In this document: positions 36,630-47,842 of the stretch, piece after piece | Numbering within the stretch: the first letter of the stretch is position 1 | Layout of the letters: each line of letters starts with the position of its first letter | Origin: Leucoraja ocellata | Taxonomy: Eukaryota | Direction of reading: 5' to 3' | Assembly (NCBI GenBank): GCA_036785375.1 | Contig: JAWMAR010000277.1 | Location: forward strand, 1,240,001 to 1,304,000 | DNA: 64,000 nucleotides | Program-made: the position numbers and the translations under genes | Notes under the pieces: model-generated | Database searches by the model: none | Told to the model about the DNA's origin: nothing | The model's input: only the letters and a program-made list of their open reading frames with translations

Positions 36630-37165
36630 ATACGTATCAGGTCCACAGGTGCCATAATCACACACCTTTCACCAGATCTCTTTCTAGTCGGCTGCAGGAA
36701 GCACCCCTGGAGAACTAGGGTTGGATTGTGGCTGAATGAGGAGATGGACAACATTCGTTGGTCGATCTAGAAAGAGGCGGCTGCTGGAGGCCCTGCAGTG
36801 GCCTGGGGCTCAACTGGATTGGGCGCCGCTCCAGGAGACTGAGCGCGTGGACCAGACGCGACCTGCAGTGGCAGGGAACGGTGGACAACGCCTACAACTT
36901 TGCTTGGCCAGGCCAACCCTACAACTCTGCCAGGGCAAGAGACCTTTATGGCCAGCTGCACTTAAAGCAACTTGGACCTCAAAAATCATGCAAAAACCTG
37001 GCGACACTTGTCTATAGTATCAGTGGAATACTGTATTTCTATACTCTTTGTACTTATGATTAAGTTCCTCCCATGATTATGCATATGTATAGTAATTAGT
37101 GAACTGTATGCAGAAAAGTAACTTCACTGTAACTCAGTACATGTAATAATACAGAACCATTGAAC
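36630..37165 (+). mobile_element. GC-rich non-autonomous element with Rex1-like tail
   Basis: Ends aacttcactgtaactcagtacatgtaataat, like the tail at 10262-10320. Confidence 0.4.
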
Positions 37166-37828
37166 TTCTATTTTGAAGTTAGCATACACATCTTGGTGCA
37201 ATTTTCAAAGGTTAGGAGGCTGCAAAAACAGTTGTTTTCCTTTTCTGGGCATCTACCCTGTTAGATTCTTTATCTGTATAATTAAAAGTCTAAACGTGAC
37301 CACTTCCAGTTTCCACTCTATATTGATTTTAGAAAAAACGCTACCACTTACGGCTGTGATTTTTGGCCATCTTACTCAGAGTCTCCCTGTGTTCATCAGG
37401 TGCAGAGGACTTTTCCCATTGATGAAAAATAAAAATGAATGTTTAAAAAATGTTGAGATTCTCTCTCCTGTCAGAGGGGGGAGGGACTATAAAACCTGGA
37501 AGTGTGGACGTGGCTCAAGTCGCTGCAAGATGAGGGAGGGAGAGGCCATGACTCAGTCGGAGCTGTGAATAACACTGAACACATGTCAACTAAACTGTGA
37601 GTGTGGTTTTATGTGGTTTATTTGGAACTGTGTTTGAAGGAAAAAATGTTTGTATGTGCCTATTAACTGTGCCTTTAAACTGTGCAGCTATTGGAAATGT
37701 GTGGCTAATTGACAAGGTGTGGCTAATTGAAAAGTTGTAGCTAATTGAAAAGTTGTGGCTATTGAAAAGTGGTGTGGTTATTGAAAAGTGGTGTGGTTAT
37801 TGAAAAGTGGTGCGGTTATTGAAAAGTG

Positions 37829-39675
37829 TAGTTACAAAACCTACCTTCAGCGGCACTGCAGTTCTATCACTGGCCGTGTGTGCGACTTTAGCGCCTTTGA
37901 GAGGGAAGGGGCGGGATTAAAATGCAGGTTTGTATCGCTTGTCGTAGAGGGATTTCCTCGGGCTGCTCGTCGATGAAGAAAAATCGATCGGACTTCCGCT
38001 CCCGTTTTTTTAAATTAAAAAATTGCTGGACAATTTAATAGTTGGATTAAAGTAAAAGGTGACTTCGAACGCCTTCAACGCCTATCAGGACAAAACAAAA
38101 GGTAAGTCGTCTATTTCACATATAATCTTGCTTCTTGGGGTGGCTTTAATCTAATTTTACGACGCAAAAATGTTATTTGGGCCCATACGAACTGGCAGTG
38201 TCTTTCCTGCCGATATGAGGTTTAAATTCACAGCAACGGCAACGTTACAATCGATTGCATTCCAGAAACACTCACTCGCAAGATGATTTAAATCCTCTTT
38301 TTTTGGTCATAAGTTGTCTATATTTTGTGTTATTGTCTCTCCATAGTTAATATTTTTATACTAAATATCCATACCAGTTTTAGCAACATGTATTGTGCAA
38401 AAAATAATAATTTTGAATATATTGAGAGTGGATGTTTCTAGATTAATTTATGGTAATTAAACATTAAATTCCTTCCATCTGGCATATAAATTCATGACAG
38501 TAAGATTTTAAAAACATGGTATATTGTGAATTCTTGTGTGAATGGGATTAGTTTGCTACTTGGATACTTAGGCTATTAAAAAAAAATATCCTTTTCTTAA
38601 GAAATGGATAGATGTTTAGATCTTGTAATTGAATTTAGATTAATTGAATTGATTAGATGAATTTTGATTGATTTGATGAAACTGATGAATATGAATTTTT
38701 TGTTGGGTATTAACTATTTGTTTTAGCTTTTGACTTTATCATTTCTACCTCTTTTGTAAAACTGCAAATAATAACTTGTTTCTGTTAATGCTGTTCAGTG
38801 TTTTTTTTCCTTTACATTTTAAACAGGTGTCTCCGAAAAAGAAATGCAAAATTGTCAATCCAAATGCCCAGCAAAAGAGACTGATTTAGACAGCATTCGC
38901 AGAGATTATCCGAATTTGGACTACTCCAAATGTGATGATCTACAGGACATTGTTAATGGGAAAGTAGTGGGCAGAAAGGCATGTCATGCGTGGTTTGAAG
39001 AGCAAACACTTGTAGTTTATAATGCCAAAATTGAAAGGTTGAGGGAAAACAAGGTGTACAGAGTTGCTTATTGGTTACAATCTGAGGGGTATGATGATGC
39101 TACTGATTATGATATGCTAATGTACCAGCTAGCAACTGATCTTCAGAAAAACTTGGTCTTTTGCTAGAAATTGTAATTTATTTACCCATCTGTTACGGAC
39201 TTACAGCATATAAATACAATAATATTAAAGTTCTGATTTTGAGAATATCACATTTTTGAATTTTCAAGACTGGCTGGGTGTTTATTACTATTTCCGTCAC
39301 AACGGTCAATTTTGTAATTAGCTACAATTAGGTAACTACCTAATTATATGCTTTAATTTCAGGTTATCCAAGTAACATGTTTCATATTTGTTTCAGAACG
39401 CTTCAATCTATAATAACTGAAAATTTCATTCAGTTCTCTTAATTTTTAAGTTATGGGCTTTTGACTGTCCTCGATCACAGCTTTTGTGTTAAGTCAATGG
39501 AAAAGCAATAGGGAACAAGATGCTAATTTCTGAGTATGAAAATGGCCATAACTTTTTTAATACTGAAGATATGAAAGTGAATTAGGTGTCAAATTAAACT
39601 TCTTTTTATGCTTTATCTGATGGGATAAATTGCAGACTTGACTTTTAAAATCTCAAATATTTGTAACATTGCGAT
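37829..39675 (+). mobile_element. Internally deleted DNA transposon inserted in the Helitron's short tandem array
   Basis: Splits the (attgaaaagtg..) array. Short inverted ends gttacaaa / tttgtaac; internal splice donor (38102) and acceptor (38826); ORF 38844-39167. Confidence 0.5.
38827..39167 (+). pseudogene. Terminal exon of a transposon-encoded protein (possible Tudor/Spindlin-like C-terminal module)
   Basis: Polypyrimidine tract plus aaacag acceptor; open frame ...VVGRKACHAWFEEQTLVVYNAKIERL..VYRVAYW..DYDMLMYQLATDLQKNLVFC*. Confidence 0.45.
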
Positions 39676-40214
39676 AAAGTGTGCCTATTGAAAAGTGGTG
39701 TGGCTATTGAAAAGTGTGCCTATTGAAATGTGTGCAACAGTTTTTGGAAGGAAAAACCGTGAATAAATGTTTTATTAGACCAGGACTGTGTTTAATGCAA
39801 AATTGCCGCTCATTCCGTGACTTCCGCTTAGTGGAGACGTGGCGCTGAGCGCGTCATTTCCAGGTGAGTTCAGAGGTGGTGCTGATTGCGTCATTTTCGG
39901 TGAGTTCAGATGTTGCGCTGACTGCTGAAGGCCCAAGTGGAGATGCCGAGCTGAGCCGTTTAAGTAATTCAAGAGACCTTACTACCATGTATGTGGTGAG
40001 TGTGTGTGTTTGTTGATAGTTATTTAAAGTACTTTTTTGCAGTAGCAGCTTGAGAGGAGTGTTTCAGAGTAAAAAAGGCTTTAAACATTTGAATCATTTG
40101 GTTTGGACACCCCTGTGTTCTTATTTTCAAACTACTTACATAGAGTATATGGTTAGTAACAGGATTCAGTATGCTTACCACATTCTGAAGTTACTTGGCA
40201 TTTTAGAATTGGTG

Positions 40215-40482
40215 CTGTGTGTGTGTGTGTGTCTGTGTGTGTGTGTCTGTGTGTTTGTGTGTGTGTGTGAGGTGGAGGGTTTGTGTGTGTGTGTGATCAA
40301 CAAATAACAACTAGTACAAATAATATAGTCCTTTGTACTTCAGAGCTTATTCGCTATCTTTAATAGCCTGATGGCTGTCAGGAAGCTGTTCCTGAATGAG
40401 TGCGCGTGTGTGTGAGGGCATGTGTGTGTGAGGGCGTGTGTGTGTGAATGTGTTTGTGTTTGAGTGCATGTGTGTGTCTGTA

Positions 40483-40513
<31 letters not shown>

Positions 40514-40530
40514 GTGTGAGTGTATGTGTG
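40215..40530. repeat. Two imperfect (TG)n tracts flanking a short Rex1-like fragment
   Basis: TG repeats; the minus strand encodes SFRNSFLTAIRLL at ~40350-40400. Confidence 0.85.
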
Positions 40531-40937
40531 TACACTCTGCTTGAAATGCTCCGAAATTGGATTTGCTGGTCTGCACTCTGCTTGGAGTTCTGTGGTTGGA
40601 TTTTCTACCTGCACTCTGCTTGGCATGCTGTAAGGATGGGTCTGCTAGCTGCACTCCACTTGGAATGCTGTGAGGATGGATCTGCTGCCTGCACTACACC
40701 TGGAATGCTGTGAGGATGGATTTGTGGCCTGCACTCTGCTTGGAGTGCTGTGAGATTGGATTTGCAGCCTACACTCCGCTTCAAGTGCTGTGAGAGTGGA
40801 TTTGAGGCCTGCACTCCGCTTCGAGTGCTGTGAGATTGCATTTGCGAACTGCACTCTACTTCAAGTGCTGTGAGATTGAATTTGTGGCCTACACACCGCT
40901 TTGAGTGCTGTGAGATTGGATTTGCTGGCCTGCACTG
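40531..40937. repeat. 40-bp tandem array
   Basis: gcactctgcttggagtgctgtgagattggatttgcagcct, with units at 40691, 40731, 40771 and 40811. Confidence 0.92.
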
Positions 40938-42317
40938 AATAATGACTTTTGAGGTAAATTCTCAGATTTTCTTTGTTAAAATTCTACTGCTCAATCTCTC
41001 TATATTAAAATTGTCTTTTTTTTAATTGACAGCAAAGAGACAAGATGCAGTGAGCAGCAGAACACAACAAGAGACACAACGAGAAATAACTTAATAAATC
41101 TCATCTTTAACATTTAAATTGTTGTTATATTTTAAGAGATTCACATTTTAAACTTTAATAAATCCTTTTTCCACTTGCCATGCCTGCATGTTCTTCATCA
41201 TAATGGGAACCTAATAGGCAGGAATGGCTGCGCTGTCGGAGAGCCACTATGAGTGCATGAGGGAAGGTTGTGGGGAGATGGACTGAATGCCTGGGCGGGA
41301 GGGGAATGGCAAGGAGCAGAGTTTGGGGGGGGGGGGGTGTGAAGGGAGGAGGGGTGATTGAGTGAACTGCCAGCCCACCAGTTGTAAGTGACTGAAGTGC
41401 CAGCCCACCAGCCATGACTTAGTGAACTGCCAGCCCACCAGCCATGACTCACTGAACTGCAAGTCCAATAATCCATTTAGTCCACAATGTCCGTACCAGC
41501 CCTCCGGAAACCAGTCCCTTCAGCCCACAACACCCATACTAGCGCTCCAGAGAGCCATGCAAGGATAAGACTTACCTCCTGTAATCTGTAAAAAAAGATG
41601 AAAATATCTAAAATTGAGTTGGTCTCCTGTTTCGGCAGAATATCTGGCAATTTCTGAGCTGCCAGCCCGCTAGGTTGAGCTGCCAGGCCTGAGTGACTGA
41701 GCTGCCAGGCCTGAGTGACTGAGCAGCCAGCCCAAGAATCCATTTGGTTCACAATGTCCATACTAGCCCTCTGGAAACCAGTCCTTTTGGCCCACAACAA
41801 CCATACTAGCGCTACAGAAAGCCCCCCCCCCCCCCCCCCCCCCTCACTGGCCTGCAAGATTGGAATTGGGTGGAGAAGTGGAATATTGTACTGGGGGGCC
41901 AGCCTTTCCGTGTGATGCTGAGACCCAACGGGTCCTACTTAGTCTAGTTCATTTTAACTGCTTCCACCAGTTCAATCCTTAATTTATATTTGAGATAATG
42001 CATGCTTGGTCTTTACAGTAAATTCTCAATTTATCTTTCTAGCCTGGTATTATTTCAGGAAACCAGTGCTTCAGCCTCCATGGGGGCTGCAAACCTTTCC
42101 CGAGACAAAATGCCCAGAGCATTACAGAGTATAACAAAGTTCTGCAAGTTACAATAAACAGCATTTTTCAGCACTTTCTGGAGTTACTCCAGCATTTTTG
42201 TCTTTTTGTGTAAACCGCCATCTGCAGTTCCTTGTTTTTCTGCAATAAACATCCTTTGTGAATTCTATATCTCTTGAGATGTGTAGAACAGAGAACAGTA
42301 AAGCACAGGACATTGTC

Positions 42318-42452
42318 TGATCAGTCTGAAGAAGGGTCTCGACCCGAAACGTCACCTATTCCTTCGCTCCATAGATGCTGCCTTACCCGCTGAGTTTCTC
42401 CAGCATTTTTATCTTTCTTTGATTTTTCCAGCATCTGCAGTTCTTTCTTAAA
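42318..42452 (+). mobile_element. Penelope-derived element with the best-preserved hammerhead-like core, nested in a minus-strand CR1 3' end (~42280-42620)
   Basis: CTGAAGA-A-GGGT-CTCG-ACCC-GAAA-CGTC at 42326-42353. Confidence 0.75.
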
Positions 42453-45024
42453 CATTTTGTCCACCTCAGGATAAATTACTCATCTGGCCACACACGATCA
42501 ACATCTCCTCATTCCCAGCATACCCATGCACCTATCTAAAAGCCTCTTAAACGCCACTATCGTATCTGCCACCATTGTCACACCTGACAGCGCACTCCAG
42601 ATATCACCTTCTGTATAAAAAAACTGTGCCCTGGTATCCATTAATTCTGATTTCTTCTGTATTTCACCCTCTAGATGTTCCTTATTTGACAGAGCCTGAA
42701 TTATCTTGGCACTAGTTTTTGGGGACTGCTATCCTTCAAACTCAAACTTGTATTGGCACATTATTTCACATTTTTTAAAAGCTCCTAAAACATTTGTGCT
42801 TGAATAAATTATCTATATTCCTCTGGCACTCTGCAATCTTTTTTTCCCAATGTGAAGTACATCACAGCCATTTAATGCTTGAAATGCAATACTTAAAGTT
42901 GTTATTCCAGTATGACATGAAATGAGTCATAGAAACATAGAAACATCTATGTTAAGTCCTTAAAGAAAATAAGGTGTTTTAATCTGTTACTTCAGTAATC
43001 ATTATTTCTATATGAAATGCTGTCCCTATTTCACCTTCTGAAGAGATTTACTGCTCATTGACTCCTCATCTTTTACTTATTCAACTTATCACCATTCACC
43101 TTTAGTGAATCTAATTTAATTCAGTCTGCACATGCAGTTCCAGCTGCAGGCAATGGAGGTACAAGAGACTGCAGACACTGGAATCAGGAGCAAAAGAATC
43201 AATGGATAGCAATTAATGACAAGCTCCCTGATCAGTTTCCATCCCCTCCGTCTGAGAACAGTGCAGTGATTTGTTTGTTATAATATTGAAATATGCATGG
43301 TTATGCCAATGATGGATAATGTAACTGAGTCAGTATGGAAGCTTGTTTAATATATTTGTTGTTTGAAATATGAACCTCAAACATGAAAGCCAACAAAACT
43401 GATCAATACTGAATACAATAATGCCCCGCACAACACATCCCAACTTTTATACTCGATTCCCTAACACCAAAACCCTTCTTCACCTCCCTATCAACTTGCG
43501 ATACCACTTTCGGGGAAGCAAGACATGATACTCTGAGATTCCTTTGTTCTATTTTTTTTAAATAAATTTTTTTAATAAATATAAATTATGATGTTTTTAT
43601 GTGATATACTAAGATTATATATGTATTTTATGATATTTAATATGCAATGCATTTTTAATGTAATTTTGCCCCTTGTCTGGACCTCGAGTCCGTAATAAAG
43701 TTTATTAGTATTATTATTATTATTATAGTATTACTCAAGGACCTAGTGTTCATGGTGAAGGTCCTACCCTGGCTTGCCTTCCCAAAATACACCTCACACT
43801 TATCTGAATTAAACTCCATTCGACATTCCTTCGCAACTTACCCAGCTGATCAAGATCCTACTGTAACTCTTGATAACAATTTTCATTAACTACAATACAA
43901 CGTCTTGCACATTCTCACCCAAATTGTTGATAGTGATGACAAATAGCAAAGGGGCCAACATTGATTGCTGAGGCATACTACAAGTTACAGATCTCCTGTC
44001 TGAAAAACAACCTTCCACCTCCATCCTCTGCTTTCTATCATGAAGCTAATTTTGCATCCAGTTAGCTAGTTCTCCCTGGATATCATGCAATCTAACCTTC
44101 CAGAGCAGCTTAGCATGCAGAACCTTATCAAATGCCTTCTCAATCAAATCCATGAGACACCATTTACTGCACACAAAACCATGCTGACTATCCCTAATCA
44201 ACCATGTCTGACTATACCTAAACAACCCACGTCTTTCCAAAAGCATGCGTATCTTATCCTTCAGAACCCTCTCCAGAATCATTCCTACCACAGATGTTAG
44301 GTTTATTGGTCTATAATTCCTACACTTTTCTTTGCAGTCATTTTTTAAGTGGAGGCACAACATTAACAAACTTCCAAAGAAGATGATTCATATATCTCAG
44401 CCTGGACTCCTGCAATTTCTTCACAAGCTCTCTTGAATGTCCTTGGACATTTCTGACCAGGCTTGGGAACTTTATCTACCTTCTTCCACCTTCTTCCACT
44501 CAGCACCTCCTCATCTGTAATATGGACTATCCTTGTGACATTGCCACTTAATCTTTCCTAATCTTCATATCTTTCTCCATAATAAAAGCAGAGCATTGAG
44601 AATCAAATGTTAATTAATTGAGAAATATTCATTGTGAACATTGCCTATCTCCTGCTGCTCCATCCATAGATGACCGCTTTGGTTTCTGAGCGGCACTATA
44701 CTTTTCCTCTCTGGTTACCTATTTTTCCTCAATGTATTTGTAAAGTATCTTTGGATTTTCCTTGATCTTAGCTGTCTGAGCTATCTTTTTCCCCATTTTG
44801 TCCATTAATTTCCTTCTTAAGTATGCTCCTCAATTCCCTATACCCTTCCAGGAATACAGTTGATCCCAGCTGCTTATATCATACCCATGCTTTCTTCTTT
44901 ATCCTGACCAGTGCCTCACCTTCTCTCATGTTCCAGACTTCCTTAATCTTCACTCTGAGAAAAACATGCTTAACTAGAATTCTCGCTATCATACATTTAA
45001 AAGCATCCGACTTTCCAGATGTGC

Positions 45025-45324
45025 AGGGTGGCACAGTGGCGCTGTGGCAGAGCTGCTGCCACACGGTGCTAGGGACCCGGGTTTGATCCTGACTACGAAT
45101 GCTGTCTGTGTGGAGTTTGCACATTCTCCCTGTGACCCCGTGGGTTTCCTCCTGGTGCTCTGGTTTCCTCCCACCTGCCAAAGATGTGCAAGTTTGTGGG
45201 CTGTTTAGCTTCTGTAAATTGGCCCTAGTGTGTAGAATAGAACTAATGTACAGATGATTATTAGTTGGCGTGGACATGGTGAGCCATGGGGCCTGTTTCC
45301 ATGCTGTGTCTCTAAACTAACTAA
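45025..45324 (+). mobile_element. V-SINE (HE1-like)
   Basis: A and B boxes, ctctggtttcctcccac, tail ggcctgtttccatgctg..ctaaactaa. Confidence 0.85.
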
Positions 45325-45651
45325 TGTCTCTTTGCCAGGTTGACCTTGACCCAATAATGTCCTTAACCCAATTTAGAACTTTAACTGTGAACCAGCCCTG
45401 TCCACATCTATAATTATATTAAAGCTGATAGAACTCTGATTGCTGGTCCCAAAAGGCTCACCCACTGACCATTCAGTCGCTTGGCCTGCCTAGTTTCCTA
45501 AAGGTAGGTGAAGATTTTGCCCTCTCCCTTGTTGAGCTCATTACAAATTGCCTGAGAAAACGTTCCTGAACACCCACCAAATTCCACCACAGCAAAACTA
45601 TTGACACTATGACAACCCCAGTTTATATTGGGAAAGTTAAAATCCCCTACT

Positions 45652-46841
45652 TCTTCTTGTCATGTCGATACACTTTTCTAAGCCACTGCATAATGCAGGC
45701 TGTGGCACATGGGTTGAAGATGTTGAGATCTTCTGGTTTGCAGGGCTCTGGGAGGAGGGGGAAGGTTAGTAAGTGTTCCATAGTTTGGGTTGTCTCCCCG
45801 TAGTCACATTCGGTTGGTCCATTGTTGTTGTACCCCCACTTCTGCGTGAGGGCTTTGCACCGTCCGACTCGTGTTCTGAGGCGATTGAGGCAGAGCCAGA
45901 CTGGCCATGTCTCTTTCACTCCCAATGGAAGGGACTCCTCAGGGTTTGGTGTCAGTGTGTGGGGTTTTGATTGTAGGTGTGTCACCCAAGCATCTATCCT
46001 ACAGGTGTGGGGCTTATCATTCAGGGGTTGAACTGCATGTAGGAAGCTGTTTCAGGATTTTAACCTCTTTGGAGCCTGGACGTGTTGGAAGAGTGGGTGA
46101 CGAGGATCATCCTCCTGCTTGGTACGTTCTACTTTTGAGGACACTGCCCTTCTGATTGGAGGGGGTGCAACACCACACAGCAGGTACAGGTCGTCAACTC
46201 GTGTGGGACTGGGCCGGCATATTCAGCTGCTGAATAGCACAGTTCCCGGATCTGATCCACATTTAGAGTTGATCAGCTTTCTCAGGATGTTGTTTCTGAC
46301 TCCTATCTTTGCTTTTGTCTTGATAACATGGTCTTTGTAGCTTAGTGTGCGGTCCAGAGTAACTCCTAGATATATGGGTTTGCCTGAGTAGGTTAGACTC
46401 TTCCCATACCAGTGAACAGTTAATTTGCGGTTGGTGAGGTGGAAGGCACCAATTTGTGTTTTGTCTGGGTTTACCCGTAAATGATTTAGGGGACAATAGT
46501 TGGTAAGGTTGTTTATCGCTTCAGTGAGGGATTTCTCAAATTCTGAGAAGGACTGACACGGAGATGCGATACAGAGGCCATCAGCATACAGGAAGCTCCT
46601 GGTGCTTGGGTGGATGGGTTGGTCATTGGTGTAAATGTTGAAAAGCAGAGAGGCAAGAACAATGCCTTGAGGAAGCCCATTCTTTTGTCTGCGCCATCTG
46701 CTGCGATCACCCCTGAGGTCTACAAATAAGCCTCTATTCTCCAGCATGTTTTGGATCAGAGCTGTCAGATTAGCATCCTTTGTGATTTTGGATAGTTTTT
46801 GCACAAGTATTTGATGGGTGACTGAATCGTATGCTGCTGGC
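45652..46841 (-). mobile_element. 5'-truncated Vingi/Ingi-like LINE
   Basis: RT motifs AAYDSV..SRWRRQKNGLPQG..LFNIYTNDQP..FLYAD..YLGVTLDRTLSY; C-terminal WLCLNRLRTRVGRC..KWGY..QTMEHLL; (aag)n tail; TSD atcccctact / ataccctact (45642-45651 / 46842-46851). Confidence 0.8.
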
Positions 46842-46971
46842 ATACCCTACTATGACAACCCTATTAGTCCCGCAGCTGTGTGTATCTCTCAGCATATATT
46901 TTCCTCTGATTCTAGTTGACTATTTTGGGGCCTATAGTGCAATCTTAATGTTGTACCTTTCATTCTTTTGG

Positions 46972-47842
46972 TTGGAGGCGCTGTCCTGTGCATGGCTGCC
47001 CAGCCAGCAGCTGTCCGTCTCTTCATCTTTTTTTTTAGTTAGTTAAAGTGTTTTATTTGGAGGTTTTTATGTGGGGGGTGGGGCAGGGGGAAACTACCTT
47101 TCAGGGTCCCTACCTGGTCGGAGAGGCAGCTTTTCTCCGGGCTGCAGTTTTGACCCATCCTCGCGGCCTACCAGCGGGCCTGGAGCGGCGTTTCCTGTCG
47201 CGGACCGCCCAGAACCTCGGCTTCGGCGGCAGCACAGCGCTGGAGCGCTATCATGGAGCGGGCGATGCCTTGCCTGGGTTGCCGCGCTGGAACTCCAGTG
47301 AGCTGAGACCGCCGGGAACAACATCGCGGAGCTGCGGGTCTGTGGAGCGACCAGCTGTGGGCAGCGGCGCTGACTTTACATCGGGAGCCTGGGATCTCTA
47401 GATGAGATCACCAGTTGTGGAGCTCCAACCGGCGCGGCCTTGTTGGCTTCGGAAGCCGCGGCCTCCAGTACGGAAACTGCCTTTTCAGGGTTCCCAGGCC
47501 GCTGTGAGGATTCTCCCGATGCCGGAGCACCATCACCCTGGAACATCGGGCCTCCGTGGAGGCAACTGTGGAGGCCTCAATAGGCCCGACTATGGGTGAA
47601 CTGGGGATGGGGACTGGACATTGTGCCTTCCCTCATAATGGGAACCATTGTGGGGGGATGTTTTTATGTTTAAATGTCTTTATTATTGTTATGTCTGTAT
47701 TCTTTCTTTATGTGCTACACGGAGAGGACGCTGGCGCTGTTTGTTCGCCGCTTCTCCGTTTGCTATTGTCTGTTACTATTGTAAAGCGACTTTGAGTCTT
47801 AGAAAAGCGCTATAAAAATTAAATTTATTATTATTATTATTA
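46972..47842 (+). mobile_element. GC-rich non-autonomous element with L2 tail
   Basis: CpG-rich non-coding body; tail tgtaaagcgactttgag..gaaaagcgctata..(att)n. Confidence 0.55.

Larger units (their letters stand above)
37273..41947 (+). mobile_element. Composite non-autonomous Helitron (4.7 kb)
   Basis: A|TCTGTATAATTAAAAGTC 5' end; 3' gagacccaacgggtcc hairpin and CTAG|T (41944-41948). It may be two adjacent elements, since a second tctatattaaaa occurs near 40998. Confidence 0.7.

Noticed and set aside
40340-40713. His/Thr- and Cys/Val-rich ORFs
   Set aside because: Translations of (TG)n microsatellite.
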